DNA of 64,000 bases from Gemmatimonadales bacterium (lineage in GTDB: Bacteria > Gemmatimonadota > Gemmatimonadetes > Gemmatimonadales > GWC2-71-9). Positions 1 through 9,012 of this stretch are shown piece by piece (within the stretch, counting starts at the first letter, position 1; each line of letters begins with the position of its first letter). Made by a program: the position numbers and the translations under genes. The DNA lies in contig DATEGE010000147.1 in assembly GCA_035280265.1 (NCBI GenBank), positions 7,135 through 71,134 of the forward strand. The letters are read 5' to 3'. The notes under the pieces are model-generated. The model was not told the DNA's origin. It ran no database searches and saw only the letters and a program-made list of their open reading frames with translations.

Positions 1-316
1 GCTTGGGGTCGACCCGCGCCGGCTCGATCACCAAGGGGGAGCGCAGCGTCGTCTCCGGGATCTTTTTCTGGCCCGGCGTCCCGCTCATGCAATGCGGCGG
101 GAAGGTGGTCTTCCAGTCTGGATGATCCGAGATCTCGGCGTCGGTCGCCACGTGGTCGTCGGCGCTCGCCACGACCCGGATGCCGTGTCCGTGGGCGTAG
201 TCGGTGAGGCGCTTCAGGTTACCGATGACGCGCTCCGCCTCCGGGACATACAACTTGCCGTCGGCGCGCATGAAGTCGTACTGGGTATCGACATCCCAGA
301 AAATGACGCGGACCAT
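1..316 (-). CDS. pncA: nicotinamidase / isochorismatase-family hydrolase, N-terminal part (gene runs off the window start)
   Basis: My own translation of the minus strand from ATG at 316 gives MVRVIFWDVDTQYDFMRADGKLYVPEAERVIGNLKRLTDYAHGHGIRVVASADDH...TTFPPHCMSGTPGQ. The D-x-Q-x-DF and PPHC motifs are typical of PncA. It is absent from the ORF track because no stop falls inside the window. Confidence 0.7.
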   Translation of the reverse strand, partial: MVRVIFWDVDTQYDFMRADGKLYVPEAERVIGNLKRLTDYAHGHGIRVVASADDHVATDAEISDHPDWKTTFPPHCMSGTPGQKKIPETTLRSPLVIEPARVDPK

Positions 317-366
317 GGCGGGGAAATCTCACCACAGCGCGTCCGCGCGTCTAGTCTTGGCTGGAT

Positions 367-816
367 CTACAAATCGAGCGTCACCGCAATTTCGTCACAA
401 CAGTCGTTGCGAGGACACCGCACGCAATCCGCCCAAACCTTGATGGGGAAGTGCTCCCGCGCGGCGAGCGCGAAGCCGGCCTTCAGGAAGAACGCGGGCT
501 TGCGCGTGAGGGCGAGCACCTCGGCGAGGCCATGCGAGCGGGCTTCGCGCACCAGCGCGTCGAGCAGCGCCCGCCCCAGCCCCGCCCCCTGCCAATCACG
601 ATGCACCGCCAGTCCCGCGACCTCCGCCAGCTGGAGCGAGTAGATCTTGAGCGACCCGCACGCGACGATCTCGCCTTGCGGCGTCACCGCGACCATGTAC
701 TCCTTGACGTGCCGGCACAGGTCGTAGTTACTGCGCGGCAGCAAGTCGCCGCTCGCGATGTAGGGCGCCATGAGGCGCTCGAGTTGAGGGACGTCGGCGA
801 GCACGGCACCCCGCAC
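367..816 (-). CDS. GNAT N-acetyltransferase, possibly a short-form N-acetylglutamate synthase
   Basis: ORF track 367..936. The GNAT acetyl-CoA motif is HRDWQGAGLGRALLDALVREARSHG. I moved the start to the in-frame GTG at 816 because 827-915 is a hairpin repeat. It lies directly downstream of argC-argB-argD. Confidence 0.6.
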   Translation of the reverse strand: MRGAVLADVPQLERLMAPYIASGDLLPRSNYDLCRHVKEYMVAVTPQGEIVACGSLKIYSLQLAEVAGLAVHRDWQGAGLGRALLDALVREARSHGLAEVLALTRKPAFFLKAGFALAAREHFPIKVWADCVRCPRNDCCDEIAVTLDL

Positions 817-826
817 CGCCGCTTCA

Positions 827-915
827 GGGAGTGGGGAGTGGGGAGTGGTTCCCTCCGATGCGATGCGGAGCCCCTGCCGCTCGGGGAGGATACCGCTCCC
901 CACTCCCCGCTCCCC
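827..915. repeat. hairpin with arms made of tandem GGGGAGT heptamers
   Basis: GGGAGTGGGGAGTGGGGAGTGG (827-848) faces CCGCTCCCCACTCCCCGCTCCCC (893-915). The arms are complementary except for two T/G positions. It sits between the argD stop and the GNAT start. Confidence 0.7.
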
Positions 916-932
916 GTACATCGGTAACGCTT

Positions 933-2114
933 TCACGCCAGTACGTCCTCGAGAATCGCCACACCGCGCTCCAGCTCGGGCACGGTGATGACGAGCGGCG
1001 GAATCACGCGGATCACCTGCGCCCCGGCGGTGAGCACGAGCAGCCCCCGCTCACGCGCCGCCGCTACGATGGGGGCCGCCGGCTCGCGGAGCTCGAGACC
1101 CCAGAACAAACCGCGTCCTCGGACCTCACGCACGCGCGGATGTCCCGCGGCGAGCCGCTCGAGCCTGGTGCCGAGCCACTCTCCCTTGGCACGCACGTCT
1201 GCGAGGAACGCGGGGTCGGCAATGGCTCGCACCACGTCGAGCGCCACACTCGCCACGAGTGGCCCGCCGCCGAAGGTGGTTGCGTGGTCGCCCGGCTTGA
1301 GCGCCGCCGCCACGGGAGCGGTGACGAGCACCGCGCCCATCGGCAACCCCCCAGCGAGCGGCTTGGCGAGGGTGAGGATGTCCGGCACCACGCCGGTCTG
1401 CTCGTAGGCGAACAGCGTCCCCGTGCGCCCCAATCCGCACTGGACTTCGTCGAAGATCACGGCCACCCCGCGCGAGTCGCACAGCTCGCGCACGAACCCC
1501 AGCCACTCGGGGTCCAGCCGTCTGACGCCGCCCTCGCCCTGTACCGGCTCCACGATCACTGCCGCGGTGCGCGACGCCGAGATCGCGTGATCCACGGCGG
1601 CCCAATCCTCCCGCGGGACGATGCGAATGCCGGGGACGAGAGGCTCGAACGGCTTGCGATAGTCGGGCCGGTCGGTGGCGGCGAGCGTCGCGAACAAGCG
1701 GCCATGAAACGAGCCTGAGAACGCGACGATCTCGCTCTTGCCGGACCATTTGCGCGCGAACTTGAACGCCGCCTCGTTGGCTTCGGCGCCCGAGTTGCAG
1801 AAGAACACGCCGTCGGCGAACGAGCGTGCCACCAGCTCGGCCGCGAGTCGCTCCCCGGGCTCGGTGCGATACAGGTTGGAGACGTGCACGAGGCCGGCAC
1901 CGAGGGCCCGCTCGATCGCGGTGCGGATGACGGGATGGTTGTAACCGAGCGCGTTGACTCCGATGCCCGCGACGAAATCCAAGTAGCGGCTGCCGTCCTC
2001 GGCGACGAGCTCCACGCCTTCCCCCGCGACGAGCAGCGGGCCGACGCGGGCATAGACATCGAGCAGAGCGGGCTCGGCCGGTACGGCCGTGGCTCCGGTG
2101 GGAATCGCGGTCAC
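933..2114 (-). CDS. argD: acetylornithine aminotransferase (class-III PLP aminotransferase)
   Basis: ORF track 933..2210. Motifs are FCNSGAEANEAAFKFARK, FDEVQCGLGRTGTLFAYE and LTLAKPLAGGLP. A GTG start at 2114 overlaps the argB TGA (GTGA). It lies in an arg gene context. Confidence 0.85.
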   Translation of the reverse strand: MTAIPTGATAVPAEPALLDVYARVGPLLVAGEGVELVAEDGSRYLDFVAGIGVNALGYNHPVIRTAIERALGAGLVHVSNLYRTEPGERLAAELVARSFADGVFFCNSGAEANEAAFKFARKWSGKSEIVAFSGSFHGRLFATLAATDRPDYRKPFEPLVPGIRIVPREDWAAVDHAISASRTAAVIVEPVQGEGGVRRLDPEWLGFVRELCDSRGVAVIFDEVQCGLGRTGTLFAYEQTGVVPDILTLAKPLAGGLPMGAVLVTAPVAAALKPGDHATTFGGGPLVASVALDVVRAIADPAFLADVRAKGEWLGTRLERLAAGHPRVREVRGRGLFWGLELREPAAPIVAAARERGLLVLTAGAQVIRVIPPLVITVPELERGVAILEDVLA

Positions 2115-2878
2115 GCGGGTTGCGCGGCGACGGCGAGGATGCGCGTGCCCGAGTGGGCGTCGTCCAGCAGGCGCAGGTCGCCGATGCGGACGGCGCGGGC
2201 GCCGGCGCACAGCGCGGCGGTCGCGGCCCGGAGCTTGGCCGCCATGCCGTCGGCTGCCGCACCGAGCTCGATCAGCGTCTCGATCTCTCCCACTTCGAGG
2301 ACTGGCCGAACCACACCGTCCACCAGCACGCCAGGCACATCCGACACGAGGAGCAACTCCGCTGAACGGAGCGCTCCCGCCACCGCCGCCGCGGCGTCAT
2401 CGGCGTTGACATTGAGCGGCGGCGCGGTGGGCGCGGCCGCATCAGGCGCCATGGGAGCGATCACGGGGGTGAGGCCGGCCAGGAGGAGGCTCTCGAGCAG
2501 CCCGGCCCGCACTTCCACGATCTCGCCCACGTGTCCGAGACCATCCGCCGTCTGCCGGGCCGCGAGCAGCCCGCCGTCCACTCCCGAGAGGCCGATCGCA
2601 TCGAGCCCCGCGTCGCGCAGCGCCGCGACGACCTGGCGGTTGACCGGACCACCCAGGACCAGCTCCACGACGGCCGCGACTTCGGGGCTCGTGACCCGCA
2701 AGCCATCCCGTTTCTCGACCGGCAGACCGAGCCGACGCGACAGCGCGCTCACCGCCTGCCCCCCGCCGTGCACCACCACTACGGGGTCAAGCGGCACGAG
2801 CGCCCGAGCGCACGCCGCGAGCCATTCGGGGCGATCGATCTCCCTGCCTCCGAGCTTGACGACGCGTACGCTCAGCAT
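2111..2878 (-). CDS. argB: acetylglutamate kinase
   Basis: This is the C-terminal 255 aa of ORF 2111..3460: MLSVRVVKLGGREI...VVVHGGGQAV...NVNADDAAAAVA. The ATG at 2878 overlaps the argC stop (ATGCTGA). The upstream part of the long ORF is antisense-frame noise through argC. Confidence 0.85.
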   Translation of the reverse strand: MLSVRVVKLGGREIDRPEWLAACARALVPLDPVVVVHGGGQAVSALSRRLGLPVEKRDGLRVTSPEVAAVVELVLGGPVNRQVVAALRDAGLDAIGLSGVDGGLLAARQTADGLGHVGEIVEVRAGLLESLLLAGLTPVIAPMAPDAAAPTAPPLNVNADDAAAAVAGALRSAELLLVSDVPGVLVDGVVRPVLEVGEIETLIELGAAADGMAAKLRAATAALCAGARAVRIGDLRLLDDAHSGTRILAVAAQPA

Positions 2879-3831
2879 ATCAGCCCCGTCGTCTCCGGAA
2901 GGCCGAGCATGACGTTCATGTTCTGCACCGCCTGTCCGGCGGCTCCCTTCACCAGATTGTCGATCGCCGCGATCACCGTGAGGCGGGGCCGGCGCACGTT
3001 CGCGACCGGAGCCACGCCGATGGCCACGCGATTGCGATGCACCACATCCTTGAGCGACGGCACGGCGCCGCGCAGCACGGCGACGCACGGCTCGGCGGCG
3101 TACACCGCCTCGTAAATCCCCTCCGCGGTCGCTCGATCGAGCGGCCGGGTGAGCGGCACATGGATCGTCTCGAGAATCCCGCGCTTCACGGGGAGGAGAT
3201 GCGGTGTGAACACCAGATCGCCGGCAAACCCGCCCTCCCGTGCCAGCGTGGTCCGCAACTCGGGGAGATGGCGATGCTCGTTTCCCGTCGCGTAGGCGCG
3301 GAAGTCCTCGGCCACCTCGCCGAACAGCAGCTCCCGCGTGGCCGACCGACCCGCCCCCGTGACACCCGAGGCGGCGTCGATCACCACCTCGCGCGCCTCG
3401 TCGATCAAGCCGCGATGGGCGAGCGGCAGCAGCGCCAGCAGCGCGGCGGTGGGATAGCACCCGGGATTCGCCACCAGCTCGGCTGCCGCCAGCCGTGGGC
3501 GCGCCACCTCGGTCAGGCCGTACACCGCCTCGGGCGATAGTCGGAAGTCGGCCGACAAATCGACGGCGCGCTTGCCCGCCGCGCGCGCTTCCTGGACGTA
3601 GCGGGCGGAGACGCCGTGCGGCAGCGCCGACAACACGATTTCGGCGCGCGCCAGCGGTGCATCGGCGATGCGCGACAGCTCGATGCCCTCGCGCCGCTCG
3701 CCCGCCGCCGATTCGGCGGTGGCAAAAACGACCGAGGCCCCCGGATGCCGGGCGAGCAGCTGCAGCAGCTCCTCCCCGACATAGCCGGAGGCCCCCAACA
3801 CGCCCACCGGCACTTTTGCATTAATATTCAT
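2872..3831 (-). CDS. argC: N-acetyl-gamma-glutamyl-phosphate reductase
   Basis: ORF track. It has the N-terminal Rossmann motif VGVLGASGYVGEELLQLL and the active-site motif NPGCYPTA. Confidence 0.9.
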   Translation of the reverse strand: MNINAKVPVGVLGASGYVGEELLQLLARHPGASVVFATAESAAGERREGIELSRIADAPLARAEIVLSALPHGVSARYVQEARAAGKRAVDLSADFRLSPEAVYGLTEVARPRLAAAELVANPGCYPTAALLALLPLAHRGLIDEAREVVIDAASGVTGAGRSATRELLFGEVAEDFRAYATGNEHRHLPELRTTLAREGGFAGDLVFTPHLLPVKRGILETIHVPLTRPLDRATAEGIYEAVYAAEPCVAVLRGAVPSLKDVVHRNRVAIGVAPVANVRRPRLTVIAAIDNLVKGAAGQAVQNMNVMLGLPETTGLIC

Positions 3832-3850
3832 TGCAGCGGAAGAATATTCA
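3817..3850 (-). promoter_or_regulatory. putative ArgR operator (two ARG-box-like TGAATATT half-sites 20 bp apart) overlapping the argC start
   Basis: The minus strand reads gTGAATATTCTTCCGCtgcaaTGAATATTAATGCAaaag. The proximal box, TGAATATTAATGCA, differs at one core position from the E. coli consensus TGAAT-wwww-ATTCA. It is an AT-rich island in GC-rich DNA. Confidence 0.45.
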
Positions 3851-3942
3851 CTCCCGAAGGGAAGTGCAAGAGCCGCACGACGCTGGCGGGCCGGCGCGCC
3901 GCGCCGTAGGCTTTCCGCCTCGACCGATCCGGAGCGTCGCTC

Positions 3943-5961
3943 GTGCCCCGTCCCCTCCTGGCCGTACTGCTCGCGTGCACCGTTTCAACTCCGCTGGGCG
4001 CTCAGGCCACGAGCCACGCCGCAGCGCCTGCCGCTCCGCCCCGGGCGTTCTCCGTGGGCGACGTCCTGCGGGTGCGCGACGTCGCGGACCCGCAGCTCTC
4101 GCCGGACGGCAACTGGGTGGCGTACACGGTGTCGAGCGCCGACACGGCTCAGGACAAGAACGTCAGCGCGGTATGGATGACGAGCTGGGACGGGACGCGC
4201 ACGGTTCGCCTCACGACGTCGAAGCAAGGCGAGAGCACGCCCCGCTGGAGCCCGGACGGCCGCTGGCTCGCGTTCTTGTCGAGTCGTGACGACGAGCATA
4301 CCCAGCTATGGCTGCTCGACCGTCAGGGCGGCGAAGGTCGCAAAGTCACGACGCTGCCGAGCGACGTGGATGACTACGTTTGGGCGCCCGACGCCAAGCG
4401 GGTGGCGCTCGTGGTGCAAGATGCGGACACCGCCAAGCCCAAGACGGCGGGCCCGATCGTGATCGACCGGTTCCAGTTCAAGCAAGACGAAGGCGGCTAC
4501 CTCGGGAAGCAGCGACGCCACCTCTACTTGCTGGACGTCGAGTCAGGGAAGGCCACCATCCTCACGCCGGGGGACTACGACGAGCTCCTGCCTTCCTGGT
4601 CTCCCGATGGCAAATCCCTCGCGTTTGTCAGCAAGCGTCACCGCGACGCGGACCGCGACAACAACTGGGATGTGTTCGTGATGGACGCGGTGGCGGGTGC
4701 GGCTCCCCGGCAGCTCACCACCTTCGAAGGGCCGGATGGAGACCCCGACACCGAGAGCCGCCCCGCATGGAGCCCCGACGGCCGCTCGATCGCCTACCTC
4801 GAGGGAGGCCTCCCCAAGCAGATCTACTACGCGGTGCAAAAGCTCGCTGTCGTTCCGGCGGCGGGGGGCGCCCGGCGCCTGCTCACAGCGGGGCTCGACC
4901 GCAACGTCGGAAAGCCGACGTGGTCCGCCGACGGCTCGACGCTGTATTTCCTGCTCGAGGACGATCGGGCGGTTGCGGTGGCGCGGGTCACGGCGGCGGG
5001 GGGAGGGGGGGCGGTCGAGCGGGTGATCACGGGCCCGCGGGTCGTGGGCGCCTTCACCACGAGACCCGGTGGCAAGATCGCCGTGCTGGCGTCGACGCCC
5101 CTCCAGCCCGCTGAAGTATTCGCCGTGGACGGCGACAAGCTGCGACCGCTGTCGCGCCAAAACGATGACTGGCTCACCCAGGTGAAACTTGGCGACGTCG
5201 AGCCCGTCGGTTTTCGGAGCCGGGACGGCACACAGATCAACGGATTCCTCGTGAAGCCCGCCGACTTCACACCCGGGAAGCGGTATCCGACGGTCCTGCG
5301 GATCCACGGGGGCCCCGTGTCGCAGTTTCAGTACGAGTTCGACTTCCAGCTCCAGACGCTGGCCGGCCACGGCTACGCGGTAGTGACCGCGAACCCGCGA
5401 GGTAGCTCGGGACGGGGTGAGGGTTTCGCCACGGCGATTTACGCCGACTGGGGCAACAAGGACGCCCAAGACGTGCTCGCCGCCGTCGATTACGCGGTGG
5501 CGCAGGGCATCGCCGACCCGGCGCGGCTGGGCGTGGGCGGCTGGAGTTACGGCGGCATCCTCACCAACTACGTGATCGCGCAGGACAAGCGCTTCAAGGC
5601 CGCGGTGAGCGGCGCGGGCGCCTCCAACATTCTCGCGGGTTATGGGACGGATCAGTACGTGCGCGAGTACGAAGCGGAGCTGGGCACCCCATGGACGGGG
5701 ACCGCGACCTGGATCAAGCTGTCATTCCCGTTCCTGCACGCCGACCGCATCGTCACGCCGACGTTGTTTCTGTGCGGCGACAAGGACTTCAACGTGCCGC
5801 TGCTCAACTCGGAGCAGATGTACCAGGCGCTGCGGAGCCTCGGGGTCGAGACCGAGCTGGTGATCTATCCGGGCCAGCACCACGGCATCAACAAGCCGAG
5901 CTACCGCCGCGACCGGTTGGAACGATATCTCGCCTGGTACGACAAGCACCTGAAGCCGTAG
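3943..5961 (+). CDS. secreted S9 family serine peptidase (prolyl oligopeptidase / acylaminoacyl peptidase type) with an N-terminal TolB-like propeller
   Basis: It has the signal peptide MPRPLLAVLLACTVSTPLGAQA, repeated SPDG(N/R/K)W/S propeller motifs, the GGWSYGG nucleophile motif and a C-terminal ...GDKDFNVP...GQHHG. Confidence 0.85.
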   Translation: MPRPLLAVLLACTVSTPLGAQATSHAAAPAAPPRAFSVGDVLRVRDVADPQLSPDGNWVAYTVSSADTAQDKNVSAVWMTSWDGTRTVRLTTSKQGESTPRWSPDGRWLAFLSSRDDEHTQLWLLDRQGGEGRKVTTLPSDVDDYVWAPDAKRVALVVQDADTAKPKTAGPIVIDRFQFKQDEGGYLGKQRRHLYLLDVESGKATILTPGDYDELLPSWSPDGKSLAFVSKRHRDADRDNNWDVFVMDAVAGAAPRQLTTFEGPDGDPDTESRPAWSPDGRSIAYLEGGLPKQIYYAVQKLAVVPAAGGARRLLTAGLDRNVGKPTWSADGSTLYFLLEDDRAVAVARVTAAGGGGAVERVITGPRVVGAFTTRPGGKIAVLASTPLQPAEVFAVDGDKLRPLSRQNDDWLTQVKLGDVEPVGFRSRDGTQINGFLVKPADFTPGKRYPTVLRIHGGPVSQFQYEFDFQLQTLAGHGYAVVTANPRGSSGRGEGFATAIYADWGNKDAQDVLAAVDYAVAQGIADPARLGVGGWSYGGILTNYVIAQDKRFKAAVSGAGASNILAGYGTDQYVREYEAELGTPWTGTATWIKLSFPFLHADRIVTPTLFLCGDKDFNVPLLNSEQMYQALRSLGVETELVIYPGQHHGINKPSYRRDRLERYLAWYDKHLKP

Positions 5962-5984
5962 GGGCGCAGGATGCTGCGCCCCTA
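5959..5984. terminator. hairpin between convergent genes (S9 peptidase / pncB)
   Basis: TAGGGGCGCAG-gatg-CTGCGCCCCTA is a perfect 11-bp stem that starts at the S9 stop codon. There is no T-run. Confidence 0.55.
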
Positions 5985-6002
5985 CGGCTACTACGGCTAT
6001 AT

Positions 6003-7061
6003 CTATTCGACCCGTTCCAAGCGCTGGTTCGGCCGATACGACCGGCCCACCTTCGCCAGCGGCTTGCCCTCGACCCGGACCACGTCGGCCGTGAAATCGA
6101 ACCGCCCCTGGAAGAGGCTCGACCCGACGCCGTACATGTCGACCGGCACCGCTTGCTCTTCGAACTGCCGGATCTTCTCGACGGTGAAGCCGCCCGACAC
6201 GACGATCTTCACCTGCTTGAAGCCTTCCTGGTCGAGCGCCCGGCGCACGTTCTGCACGAGCTGTGGGTTCACACCCGTGGGCTTGAACGTTCCCATCTGG
6301 GGGACGACCGACTTGTCCACCAGTGTCTCGGCGGTGTCGATCCGCACGCCGTAGAGTCGGTCGCCGAGCGCGTGCGCGACCTTGAGCGCGGTGCCCACGC
6401 AGTCGTTGTCGAAGTCGACGAGGGTGATGAGCCGAACGCTGGGATCGGTCAAGTCGGCGAACTTGCGAGACGCGAGCACGGTGTCGCCGCCGTAGGCGGC
6501 GATGAGACCGTGAGGCACGGTGCCCACCCCCTCGGAGCCCCACCACGACGCCTGGGCGTCGGTCGAGACGCCGATCGCGCCCGCGATATGGGCCGCGTAG
6601 CCGTCGCCGGTTTGCACCAGCCAGTGATCATGCCGGGCGGGGAAGAACATCACCTGTTTCGGCTTCGCCGCATCGACGACGAGGCGCGTGTTGGTTCCGA
6701 CCTTGGTCCGTCGGGCAAGCACGCCCAGGTACAGCGTCTCGAGGTGCGCGAACGCGTCATACGGGCCCTCGATGAGCAGGACGGTCTCCCAGGGCTCGAT
6801 CTCGTCCCCGTCGTACAGGGCGTACGCCTGCAGCTCGTCCCACTGAACCGAGCAGAGCTTCAGGATGGCGATCGCCTCGTCGATGCCGCCGAGGAAGGCG
6901 TGTGCCTTGGCGAACACCTGCATCGTCACGCAGGGGCGATGGTGGTCTTTGAGAAGCAGCTCGCGCGTCCGCACGAAGTACTTATCGGAGTAATAGCCCT
7001 CCCGCATTTTTTCCACGGGCAAGTGAAAGATCGCCGGGTCGAGTCGCTGTCGCCGAGCCAT
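6003..7061 (-). CDS. pncB: nicotinate phosphoribosyltransferase (archaeal/short type)
   Basis: ORF 6003..7127. The likely start is the ATG at 7061 (MARRQRLDPAIFHLPVEKMREGYYSDKYFVRTRELL...). The C-terminal region is VSGGFTVEKIRQFE...DMYGVGSSLF. Confidence 0.7.
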   Translation of the reverse strand: MARRQRLDPAIFHLPVEKMREGYYSDKYFVRTRELLLKDHHRPCVTMQVFAKAHAFLGGIDEAIAILKLCSVQWDELQAYALYDGDEIEPWETVLLIEGPYDAFAHLETLYLGVLARRTKVGTNTRLVVDAAKPKQVMFFPARHDHWLVQTGDGYAAHIAGAIGVSTDAQASWWGSEGVGTVPHGLIAAYGGDTVLASRKFADLTDPSVRLITLVDFDNDCVGTALKVAHALGDRLYGVRIDTAETLVDKSVVPQMGTFKPTGVNPQLVQNVRRALDQEGFKQVKIVVSGGFTVEKIRQFEEQAVPVDMYGVGSSLFQGRFDFTADVVRVEGKPLAKVGRSYRPNQRLERVE

Positions 7062-7080
7062 CGGCTGGATATTATCGAGC

Positions 7081-7986
7081 TCAGCGCACGGCCGGCCAGG
7101 CGAACGTCGCAACGAGGGTGTCGCCACCCGTCAACGCGACGCGCCGCGCGATGTTGTCGAGCCGGCCGCAACGCACGCGGGCGCCCTCCGCGGCACCGGG
7201 TTGCGTGAGCCGCAGGCAGACCGCGTCCGCGCCCACGGCGAGCGCGCTGTCGCGTCCCGTCCGGGGTGGGTCGGGTCGCTCCAGCGTCACGTCGAAATCG
7301 AACGTCTCGCCGCTGAGGTTGAACCGGACACGCCGCCCCGGAGTCTCGGGCACGAGGTCCACCACGCGGGGACTCGACCCGGTGTCGCCTCGCACCAGAC
7401 TCATCCGCACGGTCACGCGCCGCGGGGGAATCACAGCCTGGGCCGCGAACGTGACGGCGCTGTCGAGGATCGTGACCTCCTCGCTCGCCCGGGTCTCTCC
7501 GGCGGCGAACTCGCGGCGCAGGGTGATCTCCACCCACACCGCGCGCCGCGCGCCCGCGCTGGTCGGTCCGAACGGATACAGTCGCGTGGTGCCGCCCCAG
7601 GGGACCCGCGTCCAGCGCCGGTAGGTGTCCTCCTCCCACAGCGGCAGCCCGCGGCGCGATCGACCGGCCTGGCGGCGCGTGAAGAAGATCGCCGCGAGAT
7701 TCACAGTGTCCGGCTCCGGAAGGGTGGCGAGCAACGCGTCGAGCTCAGTCCCTCGCCCGCGCAACGACAGCTGCAAATCGGTCTCTGGCGGCCCGGCGAC
7801 GATGGCCGTGGCAAGCAACTGGGTCGTGCTGCCGCTGCGCTGCACGGCGCGCAAGGCGTATGTCACGCGGTAATTCGGGGCCTGGGGTCGCGCGGGGCCG
7901 GCGTGGAGCGCGAGCGCCGCGAGGCCCAGGCTACTGCACCAGGAACGCCGCACGCGTGGCTTCGAGGGAAGCGCCGCCCGGCCCAC
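7081..7986 (-). CDS. hypothetical secreted protein
   Basis: ORF track. It has a signal-like N-terminus, SWCSSLGLAALALHAGPARPQA, and no domain I recognise. The start is uncertain because it overlaps the upstream ORF end by about 55 nt. Confidence 0.45.
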   Translation of the reverse strand: MGRAALPSKPRVRRSWCSSLGLAALALHAGPARPQAPNYRVTYALRAVQRSGSTTQLLATAIVAGPPETDLQLSLRGRGTELDALLATLPEPDTVNLAAIFFTRRQAGRSRRGLPLWEEDTYRRWTRVPWGGTTRLYPFGPTSAGARRAVWVEITLRREFAAGETRASEEVTILDSAVTFAAQAVIPPRRVTVRMSLVRGDTGSSPRVVDLVPETPGRRVRFNLSGETFDFDVTLERPDPPRTGRDSALAVGADAVCLRLTQPGAAEGARVRCGRLDNIARRVALTGGDTLVATFAWPAVR

Positions 7987-8266
7987 CCCAGCGCTCGTGC
8001 CCGAGCCAGCCCGCCGCGACCCCGGCGAGCAAGCTCAACGTCATCCACAGGGCCAGGGTCCGGCCCCGGATCCGCGGGCGGGGAACAGTGCGCGCGTGGG
8101 GCTCGCCGGCGGAGCGCGCAAAGGCGACCCGCATCTCGAGGTGGCTCACCCGCGCCTCCGCGCAATGACGGCACCCGGCGAGATGGCGCGCCAGCGCGGC
8201 GCGCTCGGCAAGGCTGAGCTCGCCGTCCAGCTCGAGGTCGATCTGCCGCACCCAATCGTCGTGCAT
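7931..8266 (-). CDS. zf-HC2 (anti-sigma-factor-like) membrane protein
   Basis: This is the C-terminal 111 aa of ORF 7931..8524: MHDDWVRQIDLELDGELSLAERAALARHLAGCRHCAEA (H-x3-C-x2-C), followed by one TM segment, LALWMTLSLLAGVAAGWL. Its ATG overlaps the GT2 stop (ATGA). Confidence 0.6.
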   Translation of the reverse strand: MHDDWVRQIDLELDGELSLAERAALARHLAGCRHCAEARVSHLEMRVAFARSAGEPHARTVPRPRIRGRTLALWMTLSLLAGVAAGWLGHERWGGPGGASLEATRAAFLVQ

Positions 8267-9012
8267 CAGGGCAGCTCCTCCCGCACGCGGTAGCGCAGCA
8301 CCCGGCGCTGCATCCAGCGTACCGCCAGCGCATCCGCCAGCGCGCGGAGCGCCCGGTTCCACATGCCGTACTTCGTGGTCCCGAAACGACGCGGCCGGTG
8401 CCGCACCGGCATCTCCGTCACACGTCCGCCCTGCATCCGCACCAGGGTCGGCAGAAACCGGTGCATGCCGGTGAACAGCGGCAGGGAGCGAAGTGCCTCG
8501 ACGCGGAACGCTTTGAGTGAGCAACCGGTGTCGCGGATGGTCTCGCGGTTCAGCCGGTTGCGAATGCCGTTGGCGATCCGGCTCTGGAACCGCTTCCAGC
8601 CCGTGTCCCGCCGGTCCACCCGATACCCGACGACGGCGGCGGCTCCACTCCGGTCGAGCTCGGCCACGAGACCGGGAATGTCGGCGGGGTCGTTCTGCAG
8701 ATCGGCGTCGAGGGTCACGACCACGCGACCCCGCGCGGCGGCGAACCCCGCCGCGAACGCGGCCGTCTGCCCCGCGTTCGCCGCGAACGCGACGATATGC
8801 AGCTCGGGGTGGCCACGCTTCAGCGCCTTGAGCACGTCGAGCGAGCCGTCGGTGGAGCCATCGTCCACGGCCACGATCTCGTAGCGCCCCCCGCCCCCGT
8901 CGAGGGCCCCGGCGATTTCCTCTACCAGCAGCGCCAGGCTCTCCCGCTCGTTGTACACCGGGATCACGAGTGAGAGATCAACGGAGCCGGACATACTGCA
9001 GCTCCGGCGCAT
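8266..9012 (-). CDS. family-2 glycosyltransferase (polyprenyl-phosphate sugar transferase, DPM1/ArnC-like)
   Basis: Motifs are LSLVIPVYNERESL, VAVDDGSTDGS and VVTLDADLQNDP. The start may instead be the ATG at 8994. Confidence 0.8.
   Translation of the reverse strand: MRRSCSMSGSVDLSLVIPVYNERESLALLVEEIAGALDGGGGRYEIVAVDDGSTDGSLDVLKALKRGHPELHIVAFAANAGQTAAFAAGFAAARGRVVVTLDADLQNDPADIPGLVAELDRSGAAAVVGYRVDRRDTGWKRFQSRIANGIRNRLNRETIRDTGCSLKAFRVEALRSLPLFTGMHRFLPTLVRMQGGRVTEMPVRHRPRRFGTTKYGMWNRALRALADALAVRWMQRRVLRYRVREELP

Noticed and set aside
2111-3460. A 449-aa ORF implying a long N-terminal extension of argB. The same issue arises for 933-2210, 29791-31884, 36992-38212, 39958-41952, 45089-46465, 47964-50207 and 51799-53187.
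   Set aside because: The extensions run through the preceding gene in another frame and are Arg/Gly-rich noise. Conserved N-termini and ATGA/GTGA overlaps indicate the internal starts.
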